DNA of 64,000 bases from Gammaproteobacteria bacterium. GTDB taxonomy: Bacteria > Pseudomonadota > Gammaproteobacteria > UBA4575. Within the stretch, counting starts at the first letter, position 1, and every line of letters starts with the position of its first letter. The DNA is taken from NCBI GenBank assembly GCA_965243395.1, contig CBDEUS010000002.1, positions 64,001 through 128,000 of the forward strand. Reading direction: 5' to 3'. The notes beneath the pieces were generated by a model, which saw nothing but the letters and a program-made list of their open reading frames with translations, was not told where the DNA came from and searched no databases. Shown here one piece after another: positions 9,936 to 22,500 of this stretch. A program made the position numbers and the translations under genes.

Positions 9936-12230
9936 TCAAGCACTAAGAAGTTGTTTTTCTTCCCTTGCTGTTGATTTTCGACTTACAATTTTTGCAGTCG
10001 TAACCCCTTGTGGTGCTTTCTTCCTAGTTCTTATCTGTTGTTTGGCTTGTTGAATATCTTCTTCTTTGACAGGGAGTTTAAATACGCCAACAGTAGTAAG
10101 TAATAAATTCGAATAACGAACTAAGTTATTCGCCGTAGTCATCTGTTGATGCAAATGCTCATCCGTTTTACGTGTGCTCTCTACAATTTCATTTGAGTTG
10201 TCAGCTAACTGGAAAGTGGCATTTGCTTGCGCTTTTGAACTCTCGGTAATCAGATTCACCGCCTGCACAAGATCTTCAGTGGATTCTTGTGTTCGTTGCA
10301 TCGCAAATCCGGCTTGTTCAGCTAATGCGGTACCCTCTGCTACTTGTGAAATTACAGTATTCATTGCAGTAACTGTATCTTTTGTTTCTATACGAATGTT
10401 ATTTACCAGTGAATCAATTTCAGTTGTTGCTTCTCGTGCATTCTCGGCCAAACGCTGAACTTCTTCAGCAACTACAGCAAACCCTCTACCCGCTTCACCT
10501 GCGGACGCTGCGTGCATACTGGCATTTAAGGCTAGGATATGGGTTCGCTCAGCAATGCTATTAATTAAATTAACAATACCTGTTATCTCTTGAGAACGTT
10601 CGCCCAAGCGTTTTAGACGCTTTTCAGTTTCACGTATAGTATCGCGAATACTATTTATTCCCTCTATTGAACTGTTTACTGTTTGTAGTGCTGATTGAGT
10701 ATTATTCAATGCATTATCCGCGCGTTTGTTTGCATCGATTGCATCCCATGAGATTTTATTCATTGCATCAGAAGCTTTATTTAATTCATCTTTCATAGCT
10801 TCTACCTGGCGTCTTTCTTTTTCTGCTACTGCCATTACAAATTTTGCCTGACGCTGCACACGGTTAGATTCAACTACAACACGTACAGATATTTCTTTTA
10901 CATCACTTAACGCTGTAGCCGTTTCTTTAGTCAATAAATTTAGAGAATCCCCTAATGCCCCTGTAACGTCCTCAAATACTGGCGCTTTAATAGTGAAATC
11001 TTTTTTACTTAATAGTGCAACAGAACCAAGTAATGAAATTACTGATTCATTTAATTCATCATTATTTTTTTCTGTTATGGAAAGTTGAGTAACCTTTTCG
11101 TCTAACAATTTATCAAACGCAGTAGATAACTCACCTAATTCGTCATTACGATTTAAATTTGATCGTGCTCTTAAATTTCCACTATTCACCTCGTGAATAG
11201 TGTTTGCCATGGTGTTAATTGGTTTAGTTAATGTTTTTCCAAATAAATACAGCAGGAATGTAATCAGTGCCCCTATCAGTAACAGTGTAAATCCTACAAT
11301 ACCTGTAATTGCGTTCGTGGTTATTGCCTGTGAAGACTGGTTTTGAATGATGCTTAATGATGAAGATTGGCCCATCTCATCAAATAGAGGGCCTAATATG
11401 AAATCGTAAAGTTCAGTGTATTCGTTTGCATTACGTTTATTTGAAACAATATCGTTGATCACATTTATGTAACTATTACTGTAACCTTGTAAAATTGGCT
11501 TTACAGTATCATCATCAAACGTTGTATTTTGTAACCACCTGTTTAAAAACTGATGGTTAACTTTTAAAGCTTCATGGGACTCAGTTAAATCAATAGACTG
11601 TAATATATGTTTCTCGTCTGCTTTAATTTTTGCCAAAATATTGAATATATCTGGGTTTGCTATACCACTAATACCCTCCTCTATACGTGAAATTAAAAAG
11701 TTTGCTTTTTGTCTTAATCCATCCGCATCTGTAAATCCGATGATCTGATTAAACTTTAGAATATCTGAAAAAGATTCTTTATAGTCGTTAACAGTCGTAG
11801 ACGCTTGATCCACTAGGTGCAACTGGTATTCAATAGGCATCGCTACTTCATTTATGACTATCTCCTCTTCAGAGCTTGCATCAATCAGCTTACTCAATGT
11901 GCGAAGATCTTCCATGTTCAATTCTAGCAACTGAATATGTTTGGTATGCTCTTCTAAAGGAGTGTTGTTATATGTCTGCCCTGTTGATGCGGTAATACTT
12001 AATAAGAAATCTTTTTCAAAACGCCTAACTTTGAAATAATTTTTTTGTGCTTCACTTACTAGCTGACCATATTTTATAAACAAATTGGATCTATCTGTCG
12101 CTTCACGCTCGTTTTTAATTACTAGCCAGTAGGTAATTGCTACAGCAATAAATCCTATAGCAACGGCAGCGAACAATATTGCTAGCTTCTTGGTGATATT
12201 GATATCAGAAAATCTGTATAGATTAATCAT
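9936..12230 (-). CDS. PilJ-like methyl-accepting chemotaxis protein
   Basis: Two TM segments, HAMP, IAERTHILALNASMHAASAGEAGRGFAVVAEEVQRLAE hairpin tip of PilJ type. Confidence 0.92.
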   Translation of the reverse strand: MINLYRFSDINITKKLAILFAAVAIGFIAVAITYWLVIKNEREATDRSNLFIKYGQLVSEAQKNYFKVRRFEKDFLLSITASTGQTYNNTPLEEHTKHIQLLELNMEDLRTLSKLIDASSEEEIVINEVAMPIEYQLHLVDQASTTVNDYKESFSDILKFNQIIGFTDADGLRQKANFLISRIEEGISGIANPDIFNILAKIKADEKHILQSIDLTESHEALKVNHQFLNRWLQNTTFDDDTVKPILQGYSNSYINVINDIVSNKRNANEYTELYDFILGPLFDEMGQSSSLSIIQNQSSQAITTNAITGIVGFTLLLIGALITFLLYLFGKTLTKPINTMANTIHEVNSGNLRARSNLNRNDELGELSTAFDKLLDEKVTQLSITEKNNDELNESVISLLGSVALLSKKDFTIKAPVFEDVTGALGDSLNLLTKETATALSDVKEISVRVVVESNRVQRQAKFVMAVAEKERRQVEAMKDELNKASDAMNKISWDAIDANKRADNALNNTQSALQTVNSSIEGINSIRDTIRETEKRLKRLGERSQEITGIVNLINSIAERTHILALNASMHAASAGEAGRGFAVVAEEVQRLAENAREATTEIDSLVNNIRIETKDTVTAMNTVISQVAEGTALAEQAGFAMQRTQESTEDLVQAVNLITESSKAQANATFQLADNSNEIVESTRKTDEHLHQQMTTANNLVRYSNLLLTTVGVFKLPVKEEDIQQAKQQIRTRKKAPQGVTTAKIVSRKSTAREEKQLLSA

Positions 12231-12261
12231 ACTATTCTTCCTTATGGATATATTTCTTAAT

Positions 12262-12846
12262 TTATTTACTTTTAAACGAATTTATTAAAGCTAGAAAATC
12301 AACACATAACCATTGATTGTGATTTTTTTTATAGGCAATGCTAACGAAAGGTTTTAGTAGTTCGGGGGTTTTAATTATTTTTTCGGATTGTTCCTCTTTT
12401 TTAAACTGAATTGCTTTGGGTATTTTATTTAAAATTATACCTATTGCTTTTTCTGCACTCCCAATCATTAAAATTATATTCTGTTTAGCAGTGATTTCAG
12501 TTTTTTGATTATTTAGAATTTGGTTTAGATCTATAATCGGCAAGATATCGCCACGAACATTGCATGCACCAATTAACCATTTAGGCGCTAAAGGTATGCT
12601 GTGCACATAACTATCTTCTAAAACCTCTGACATAGCGTCTTTGTGAACAAGAAAATTTAATCCTGCAGAACTGAATGAGTAATAACGTCTAGCTAGTGAA
12701 TCGTCACTAGCCCCTTGAGGTTGCTGATATTCAGCTTCTAGTTTGGTAATTAACTCGGCATGTTTCTCTACCCAGTTTGACCGAGAACTCTTGTTTGTTA
12801 GTTCCTCAGAAGTCGTTCCAACAGCGACTGTCGTTGTATCTTCCAT
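12262..12846 (-). CDS. CheW/PilI-like coupling protein
   Basis: IPLAPKWLIGACNVRGDILPIIDL motif. Confidence 0.85.
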   Translation of the reverse strand: MEDTTTVAVGTTSEELTNKSSRSNWVEKHAELITKLEAEYQQPQGASDDSLARRYYSFSSAGLNFLVHKDAMSEVLEDSYVHSIPLAPKWLIGACNVRGDILPIIDLNQILNNQKTEITAKQNIILMIGSAEKAIGIILNKIPKAIQFKKEEQSEKIIKTPELLKPFVSIAYKKNHNQWLCVDFLALINSFKSK

Positions 12847-13208
12847 TAAATATACTTATTTATTTGCTGCACTATTTGATCAGTTGTGTATGGCTTGGAT
12901 ACCAATGCTTTACCACCTTGAAGCTCGGCCCAAACGCGATCAACTTTTTGACATTTAGCAGTTACAAAAACGACAGGGATGTTTTTTGTATTACTATCGG
13001 AAGTTATTTCGCGGCAAGCTTCAAAACCATCTTTGTTGTCCATGATGACATCCATAAAAATCATGTCTGGACGCATGCTTTTAGCTTTTTCAACTGCCTC
13101 CTCACCGGATACAGCGGTTATGACTTGATACCCTTGGCCAAGAATGATTTTTTTCAAACTTTCTAAATCAGGCTGTGAGTCATCCACTACTAGCACTTTA
13201 TTGATCAT
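12846..13208 (-). CDS. PilH-like single-domain response regulator
   Basis: KVLVVDDS, DMIFMDVIM, DGFEACR, QKVDRVWAELQG, KP; ATG at 13208 preferred over GTG at 13235. Confidence 0.88.
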   Translation of the reverse strand: MINKVLVVDDSQPDLESLKKIILGQGYQVITAVSGEEAVEKAKSMRPDMIFMDVIMDNKDGFEACREITSDSNTKNIPVVFVTAKCQKVDRVWAELQGGKALVSKPYTTDQIVQQINKYI

Positions 13209-13339
13209 GTTATCTCGACCCAATTCATTAAACACACGTCCACAAAAAAGCTAGTACTTGTCATAAGCACTGCCAAGAACTTAAATTTATTATTGTTATT
13301 ATGCTGTGGATGTTCCCAGCAAATCACTGGTAGTTAAAC

Positions 13340-13355
13340 TGTGAAGGGATTCACA
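13340..13355. promoter_or_regulatory. CRP/Vfr-type binding site
   Basis: TGTGA-AGGGAT-TCACA perfect core with A/T flanks, upstream of the chemosensory operon. Confidence 0.7.
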
Positions 13356-13496
13356 TTTTTTGTCAATGTAATAGTGTGACTATCCAGCACCATTTTTAAG
13401 TTACGTTCGCCTATAAGAACGCTTTATTAAAACTAAAACTTTGACGTATAGATTAGAATCTCGCCCGAACTAGTTGAAATATTGTTAATTTATTAT

Positions 13497-13519
13497 ATGG
13501 GGCTACGTTCTAGCCCCAT
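13497..13519. terminator. hairpin downstream of the giant adhesin gene
   Basis: atggggcta-cgttc-tagccccat perfect 9-bp stem just after the stop codon; no clear U-tract. Confidence 0.5.
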
Positions 13520-13531
13520 GTGCGTGATTCT

Positions 13532-16500
13532 TTAAAACATTTCGATTGCATTATCAACAGCCGGATCAACAAGCGACTCATCCATATCTGGATCGATTGG
13601 AGAGTTTTGTATCACTGGCTGTAAATTAATTATGTTTGATTGATTTGCATTCAAATTATTCTGCGTCATTTGTTGTTGTGATGACTGTAGTGTTTGCAGG
13701 TTACTAAAATCGAACGCACCGTCATCTTCCATTAACAACTGAACTTGTTGTGTACCACCGACAGCTAACGATGCCGACATGGCTGATCCTGCTGCTGGCG
13801 TAAACTCAACATAGTCCACCCGTGCCGGTTCACCACCACTTCGGAATGCCTCCAGGGTCAATACATCTCCTAACTGTATATCGATTCCTGAAATCGTTTC
13901 CGTTCTAAAACTTTGCGTGGTCGGACCCCCCGTTCCTGCTGTGGAGTCATACACAATCGTACCTACTTGAACTCCGTTCAATAAAACATTCAATGTACTC
14001 ACACCATCCGTTTCATCAAAAATTCCTACGGTGATGTCATTCACACCTGCAACTATTCCTGTACCACTATCAATATTTAAGTTGGCAAAGGCAGGGTTCG
14101 CTATATTGCCCGTATGTGCAATCAACTGCCCTTCATCTGCAGCAGGTCTATCCTGTATCGAGTAGCGAGTGAAACTATCAAAGTCTTCCGCTTGAATGCG
14201 TACCGGATCTTGAGGAATCGGAGCATCATCTTCTGTAACATTGCCAACACCCGTGTCGTTTCCACTGTCAATCACGGCATCCCCTGCAGTGATTCCAGTC
14301 AACATGACCGTGACCGTCTCGGTGCCGTTATCTAAGTCATCATTCGCTACATCTACATTGATGATGCCGCCAACCGCTGCAATGACTTGTGTGAGTCCTG
14401 TTGTTGTTGAACCATTAATGTCTACTGAGTATTGAACGGTTACCGGACCCGATGGCGGAGTATCAAAACTCACTGCATAACTTAATGTGGTATTCCCTAC
14501 ATCACCACTCTCTTGTACTGATCCTGCATTACCAATCGATACGACTGATGGAGGAATCGGAGCATCGTCTTCTGTAACACTACCAACACCCGTGTCGTTT
14601 CCACTGTCAATCACGGCATCCCCTGCAGTGATTCCAGTCAACATGACCGTGACCGTCTCGGTGCCATTATCTAAGTCATCATTCGCTACATCTACATTGA
14701 TGATGCCGCCAACCGCTGCAATGACTTGTGTGAGTCCTGTTGTTGTTGAACCATTAATGTCTACTGAGTATTGAACGGTTACCGGACCCGATGGCGGAGT
14801 ATCAAAACTCACTGCATAACTTAATGTGGTATTCCCTACATCACCACTCTCTTGTACTGTGCCTGCATTGGCTATGGAAATCGAAGGGGTCACTGGACCA
14901 GTAGGCGTAAACTCAACATAGTCCACCCGTGCCGGTTCACCACCACTTCGGAATGCCTCCAGGGTCAATACATCTCCTAACTGTATATCGATTCCTGAAA
15001 TCGTTTCCGTTCTAAAACTTTGCGTGGTCGGACCCCCCGTTCCTGCTGTGGAGTCATACACAATCGTACCTACTTGAACTCCGTTCAATAAAACATTCAA
15101 TGTACTCACACCATCCGTTTCATCAAAAATTCCTACGGTGATGTCATTCACACCTGCAACTATTCCTGTACCACTATCAATATTTAAGTTGGCAAAGGCA
15201 GGGTTCGCTATATTGCCCGTATGTGCAATCAACTGCCCTTCATCTGCAGCAGGTCTATCCTGTATCGAGTAGCGAGTGAAACTATCAAAGTCTTCCGCTT
15301 GAATGCGTACCGGATCTTGAGGAATCGGAGCATCATCTTCTGTAACATTGCCAACACCCGTGTCGTTTCCACTGTCAATCACGGCATCCCCTGCAGTGAT
15401 TCCAGTCAACATGACCGTGACCGTCTCGGTGCCGTTATCTAAGTCATCATTCGCTACATCTACATTGATGATGCCGCCAACCGCTGCAATGACTTGTGTG
15501 AGTCCTGTTGTTGTTGAACCATTAATGTCTACTGAGTATTGAACGGTTACCGGACCCGATGGCGGAGTATCAAAACTCACTGCATAACTTAATGTGGTAT
15601 TCCCTACATCACCACTCTCTTGTACTGATCCTGCATTACCAATCGATACGACTGATGGAGGAATCGGAGCATCGTCTTCTGTAACACTACCAACACCCGT
15701 GTCGTTTCCACTGTCAATCACGGCATCCCCTGCAGTGATTCCAGTCAACATGACCGTGACCGTCTCGGTGCCATTATCTAAGTCATCATTCGCTACATCT
15801 ACATTGATGATGCCGCCAACCGCTGCAATGACTTGTGTGAGTCCTGTTGTTGTTGAACCATTAATGTCTACTGAGTATTGAACGGTTACCGGACCCGATG
15901 GCGGAGTATCAAAACTCACTGCATAACTTAATGTGGTATTCCCTACATCACCACTCTCTTGTACTGTGCCTGCATTGGCTATGGAAACAATTGAAGGTAT
16001 GTCATCTTCTGTAACATTGCCAACACCCGTGTCGTTTCCACTGTCAATCACGGCATCCCCTGCAGTGATTCCGGTCAACATGACCGTGACCGTCTCGGTG
16101 CCATTATCTAAGTCATCATTCGCTACATCTACATTGATGATGCCGCCAACCGCTGCAATGACTTGTGTGAGTCCTGTTGTTGTTGAACCATTAATGTCTA
16201 CTGAGTATTGAACGGTTACCGGACCCGATGGCGGAGTATCAAAACTCACTGCATAACTTAATGTGGTATTCCCTACATCACCACTCTCTTGTACTGTGCC
16301 TGCATTGGCTATGGAAACAATTGAAGGTATGTCATCTTCAGTCACCATGCCTGTGCCACTGGTAGTACCCCCCAGCAGAATTCCGTTAGTAGCTGCTGTT
16401 AGGGTTACCGTTACATTTTCCGTACCATTATCAATGTCATCATTGGCCACATCGACACTAATTGAACCGTCACCAGTGAATAGTTGAGTATTGCCTGTTG

Positions 16501-19500
16501 TAATAACACCGTTATTGTCAACGGTATAAGTAACGGTAGTTGAACCAGCTAAAGCAGGGCTAAATGTAACTGGGAATAATAATGTTGTATTGCCTGCATC
16601 ACCGGTCTCTTGTAACACGCCAGCGTCTGCAATCGACACTGAAGGGGTTACTGGTCCTGCAGGAGTGAAATCAACATAGTCCACCCGTGCCGGTTCACCA
16701 CCACTTCGGAATGCCTCCAGGGTCAATACATCTCCTAACTGTATATCGATTCCTGAAATCGTTTCCGTTCTAAAACTTTGTGTGGTCGGACCCCCCGTTC
16801 CAGCTGTGGAGTTATACACAATCGTACCCACCTGGACTCCGTTCAATAAAACATTCAATGTACTCACACCATCCGTTTCATCAAAAATTCCTACGGTGAT
16901 GTCATTCAATCCCGGGGTAATTCCAGTGCCACTATCAATATTTAAGTTGGCAAAGGCAGGGTTCGCTATGTTGCCCGTATGTGCAATTAACTGTCCTCCA
17001 TCAGCATTACTATTATTTTGTGTCGAGTAACGTAAGAAACTATCAAAGTCTTCCGCTTGAATACGTACCGGATCAAAACTGATTACTTTTATTTCTGCTG
17101 GATCAGATAGCAAACTCGTCAACACACCACTTGCATTTACAACACCTGCAGAAAGGAAAAACAAATCATCAACTGTAGCAGGAACCGCACCATCGGTACT
17201 GGTATCTAGGTTAACTGTAAAAGTTGCAGTACCTGTACCATCTGCTATTTCTGAAGCAATGGTCGGCGCAGTATCAAGTTGGTTTGCATGAAAAAGATCA
17301 TCGGGTAACGTTTCCGTACCATTTCCTCCATGCTTTTCATATCCTGATGCATCAAGTAAATATAACTCAACAGTGTCGCCCGGATTTACACCACTGACTA
17401 CAACTTCATGAGTGGTCTGTAATGTTTCAACACGTCTTACACCATTAGTAAGACCTGTAACTTGCAAGGTTGGAGCAGCTGATGGTCCATTACCATCGAA
17501 TTGTGCAAATGAACTATTTAACCCTGTAATTTCTAACTGTCGTGTTTCGGTAAACTGGTTACCATTATTATCTTCAAAAGTAATCGTCGCGGTAACGCCG
17601 TGCATCTCACCTGGAGAGTAAGCACCTGCTTGGCCGGTACCACTTGCATTTTGAATAGATTGCGGATCTACATCCACACCAAATAAGAAAGTATCACCAG
17701 CGTCGAAACTATTGAAATTGAGATCCATAAACTGGTAACCACCAGGCTGCCCATTATCACCACCGAGTAGCTGATTCGAGAAAGGATAAGGCGAAGTGGT
17801 TGTGTTGCCAGGTGCGACAACTGGCACACCGTTCTGATCCAAGAACCCTGCGACATTTCCAATTCCTGGATTAATAATAATTCCTTGGCTGCCCGCATCA
17901 CCCGCTTCACCCGTTGGATCCCAAACTGCACCAAGAAATTCTCCATTTACATCAAGACCTGTTGATAAGACCGCAGAAGCAATGTCGAACTGAACATTAA
18001 TTATCTGAACACCTGGGTCAGAAGTATTAACAATTTGAATTTTATCGTTGCCAAAAGTAGTGTCACCACCACTCATGGTTATGGTGGCACCAATATTGGC
18101 GTCATCATCTGCAATATTTACGGTTGCTGTATCGGTGGTGCCGATACTGACATTGGCATCACCCGTTACATTAGTGAGCGTAACGGTTACATTCTCTAAA
18201 CCCTCAATATCAGAATCATCGATAACCGTGACATCAATAGGAGCGGAGAGAGAACCAGCAGGAATAATGACGGTACCCGTAAGTGCTGTGTAGTCAACAC
18301 CCGGAGTTGCAGCGCCTGCACTCACATCATCTACTGTGTATGTAACTACTGTATTCGTTTGTGCAATTGCGGTAAGACTTACAAGGAATTGTCCATTAAC
18401 ATCTGGCTCAGCCGCATCTCCATTGTTTGCTATGGATACTTCATTAGGTACATCATCATCACCTATATTGACAGTTGCTGTATCTGTAGCTCCGATTGAA
18501 ATGTTTGCATCACCCGTCACCCCGTTTAGTGTGACGATTACATCTTCAGAACCTTCAAGTTCTAAATCATCAATGACTTCAACATCAATTGGTGCAGTTA
18601 ATTGACCTGCTAAAATTGTTACGGTCCCTGTTAATGCAGTGTAGTCGCTTCCTGCGGTTGCAGAACTTGTAACATCAACAGTGTATGTAATGATTGTGTT
18701 TGTTGTAGCAATTTGGCTTAAGCTAACCAGGAATTGGCCGTCTACATCCGGTTCGGAAGCATCTCCATTGTTTATAATGCTTAATTCGTTAGGTACATCG
18801 TTATCTATGATGTTAACTGTAGCAGAATTATTACTTGTACCAATTACAACACTTGGATCTCCAGTTGCACTGGTAAGAGTCACAATTACATCTTCTAAAC
18901 CTTCTACTTCGAGATCATCTAAGACCAAAACATCAATGGGTGCAGAAGTTGTACCTTGTGCAATTACAACAGTTCCGCTTAAAGCAGTGTAGTCGTCTCC
19001 TCCTGTTGCTGAACCTGCAACCGTATAATTAATTGTTGTTTCAACACTTGCAGCTTCTTCTAAGCTAACGACAAATTGTCCATTGATGTTTGGTTCTTCT
19101 GCATCAGTAATGGCTAAAATTGTCGCTTCGTTTTGACCTGTTGATGTGGGTAAGACCATTACAGTAGCATCATCATCATCGCCTACAGAGTCATCGCCTG
19201 GAGTTGAATCTGGGTCGGCTAAGTCTGAAGTTAAAATCTGAGCATAGTTGTCAAAATCCAGAACTGATTGCGAGGCATCTCGAATTACAATCGCACTAAC
19301 CTTGGCGTTATCAACAGATGCATCGAACGTGATATCTAAATTATTTAAATCTCCAAAGTCACTTGGATCAAATGTCCCTGGAACATTCACTACAATCGGA
19401 ACATTTATATCCTCACCGTTTAGAGCGAGGATATCGAAGTCGGTTAAAATTTGTTGTCCCTCTATACTTACATCGAAAACGCGACCACCTGAGGGTGGAT

Positions 19501-22500
19501 TAGCAAAAATTTCTGCAAAGTAAAGATCAACTGCATAATCACCGGCAGCTAATGGTGCAGAAAATTGCAACGGATCAAACCAGCGTTCGGTTTCATACAC
19601 GGTTCCATCAAAGATAGTTTGATCACCATTTGCGCCACCGCCGCCTGTATCTGAGAAAATATTACCGTTTAAAAATCCGGTATCTGCATCGAAGTTTATG
19701 CCATCCTGAACTAATGCAGGTCCACCAGCATTGACAGCAAGTACGATGGGTCTTGGATCATTTACAACTGCAGTAATTTCCAAGCTGGCGCTTGCACCAC
19801 TTGCAATATCGCCGATGGTCCATACACCAGTAATAGGATTATAGTCACCACCGCCGTTATCACTTATATAAGTAAAGCCATCAGGCAAAAGATCCTGTAC
19901 GGATACACCGCTTGCATTGGAGCCAGAAACATCAACATGGTCTACGGTTAATGTAAACGTTACGGTATCTCCAAATGCCGGAGTAGAATCGGATACAGTC
20001 TTAGTGAGTTCTAAATCTGCAGTGATATCGGGTGTTACAACAACTGTGGAATCATCATCTTCTAATGCGGCACCATTTCCAGGTGTTGAATCGGGGTCTG
20101 CTCTATCAGATGTGAGAATTTGTGCAAAATTTGTGTAATCAGGAACGACGGGAGTGGTGTCATTGATTTGAATAATCTCAATGCCGTTAACGAGTGTATT
20201 TTCTACTCCGTGAATAAACTCAATATCAATAGTACCATCGGTAATTTCAACAACATTTGAAATCAAACCTCCTACTTGATGACCAAATTGATCTGATAGA
20301 TCGACATCATCAAGGTTTGGCAATACGCTGCCTTCAATTTCAACATCGAATACTCGTTGTCCGGGTTGACTGGTTCCGTTAAAACCATTGCCCATATAAA
20401 GACGCACTTCATAAAAGCCATCATCAGGTACATCAAACGCCCATAACATTTCACCGGCAGCATCATTACTGTTGTCCCAGCGCTCGGTACTGAAAATATT
20501 ACTTGGTGTAGTTGGTGGAACAGTAGTGCCCGCGCTGACCGGAAATGCGCCTGTATCATTTGAACCTGCATTTATAAGATTAGTATTATTTGCAGCAGCC
20601 GTATCTGCAGCCCAATCAAGACCACCGTCAATTGCAGAAATTTGTGGTCCTCCAGCATTAACACGATAAAGCACGACTTCCGCAGGCGGAACTTCGGGAG
20701 CATTAACTGTCACATCGATATTTAATGTGGCAACACCACCGTTTGCGAGATCGCCAATGGTCCATATCCCCGTACTTGAATCATAATCACCACTGCTGTC
20801 ATCACTCACATAGGTAAATCCATCTGGCAAAATGTCTTGCACGGTAACATTTGAGGTATCGGAACCCGAAACATGATTCACAGTTAGTGTGAAAGTTATT
20901 TGCTCACCCAACACAGGTGTATCATTCGAAACTGATTTTACTAATTCTAGATCAGCCGTATTATCAGGTGTTACTGGTGTAGTGACATCATCGTCGTCAC
21001 CAACAGAATCATCACCTGGAGTTGAATCTGGATCTAAAACATCCGAACTTAAAATTTGAGCATAGTTGTCATAGGCTTGTGTGACGATATCGCCGCCAGG
21101 ATCTAGAGCATTAATTGCGATAGCACTTATTTTTGCGTTATCAACTATTGTGGTGAAATCAATGTCAATATTTCCATCCACTACATTAATATCGAAGCTT
21201 TTCACAACCGCTACATTTTGTCCGCTGCCACCCGTTTGCGAAGCGGCGTCTGCAAATATGTCGTAGTTATCTAATACCGTGTTCCCCTCAATTGAAACAT
21301 CGAACACTCGACTGCCCGCAGCAGTTGCAAAGATCTCTGCAAAATAGAGCTCTACTTCGTAATCACCATTGGCTACGGCAAAATCCCATTGTTGATTGCC
21401 AAATCGTTCTGTTTCGAATACAACTTCAGGTGCTGGGTCACCACTTGGTAACAAAGAAAGGTCAAAAGTTGGTGCACCATTTTCATTTCCAAATTGATTT
21501 CCTCCCGTACGACCTGGAAATGGGGATCCATCTGTGTCAACGGCCCAATCGGGTGCTGATGCATCCGTTGCAACTTGATTTGTACCACCTGCATTAACAC
21601 GGAACAGCGGTGTTTCAACACGTGGTGATAAAATTTCATTCACTGTCACCGTTATTGCATGACTGACACTCGCACCATTCGCTACAGCACCAACATCCCA
21701 TATGCCTGTACTATCGTCATACGTTCCGTCACCTTCCGCACTCACAAATGTGTATCCGGCAGGTAAGATGTCTTCTACTTGTACACCGGTAGCATCACCT
21801 GTGCCATTGTTATCAACAGTCAGCGTGAAAGTAATTTGTTCACCAATTATCGGTGTTGAGTTGTTTGCTGTTTTAGTGAGTTCTAAATCGGCCGGTAATA
21901 TGTCGGTGTATTGCAAGAATATGGGATCACTTACAGAACTAGTTGGCAGGTTACTATTGTTAGGATCGATTACACTCGTAGCAAAAACAAGAGGTAACTG
22001 ATCCACAAGTGCATCGGTAAAACCACCGCCACCAACAGTTTCACCATTTAATAACTGGGAAACATCAAATAAGTTAGAGATGTCCTGATCCGTTCCATCT
22101 AACAATACATCAACGGTTTGAAATTCCACAGCATTGTTAATTGGAGAGTTTGATGCAACCAATGCATTTAATTGTGCATCAAGTTGTGATGCAAAAGGTT
22201 CTGAAAAATTATTTTCACCAGGCTGGATGAAACCTTTCATTAATACAACCCGCGCAGTTTGACCGGCAGGGCCGTTTATAGTTACGGTTGGTGAACCGTT
22301 ATATGTGCCTACACCACCCTCGGTTAAACCATTTACAGTTAAGACGGGCTCCATTACTGAAATATCTTGAGATGCCTGTCCAGTTGCACCTCCCTGTGTA
22401 CCATTTCCTTGTAATTGTCCGGTGGCTGTAGTTCCATCTTCAAATGTGATGGTGAAGGTTGAACCTATTAACTCGGCACCCGAAACACCGCCGATATCCC

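Noticed and set aside
14114-16487. Repeated plus-strand ORFs (64-95 aa)
   Set aside because: Antisense shadows of the adhesin's repeats; useful only as repeat markers
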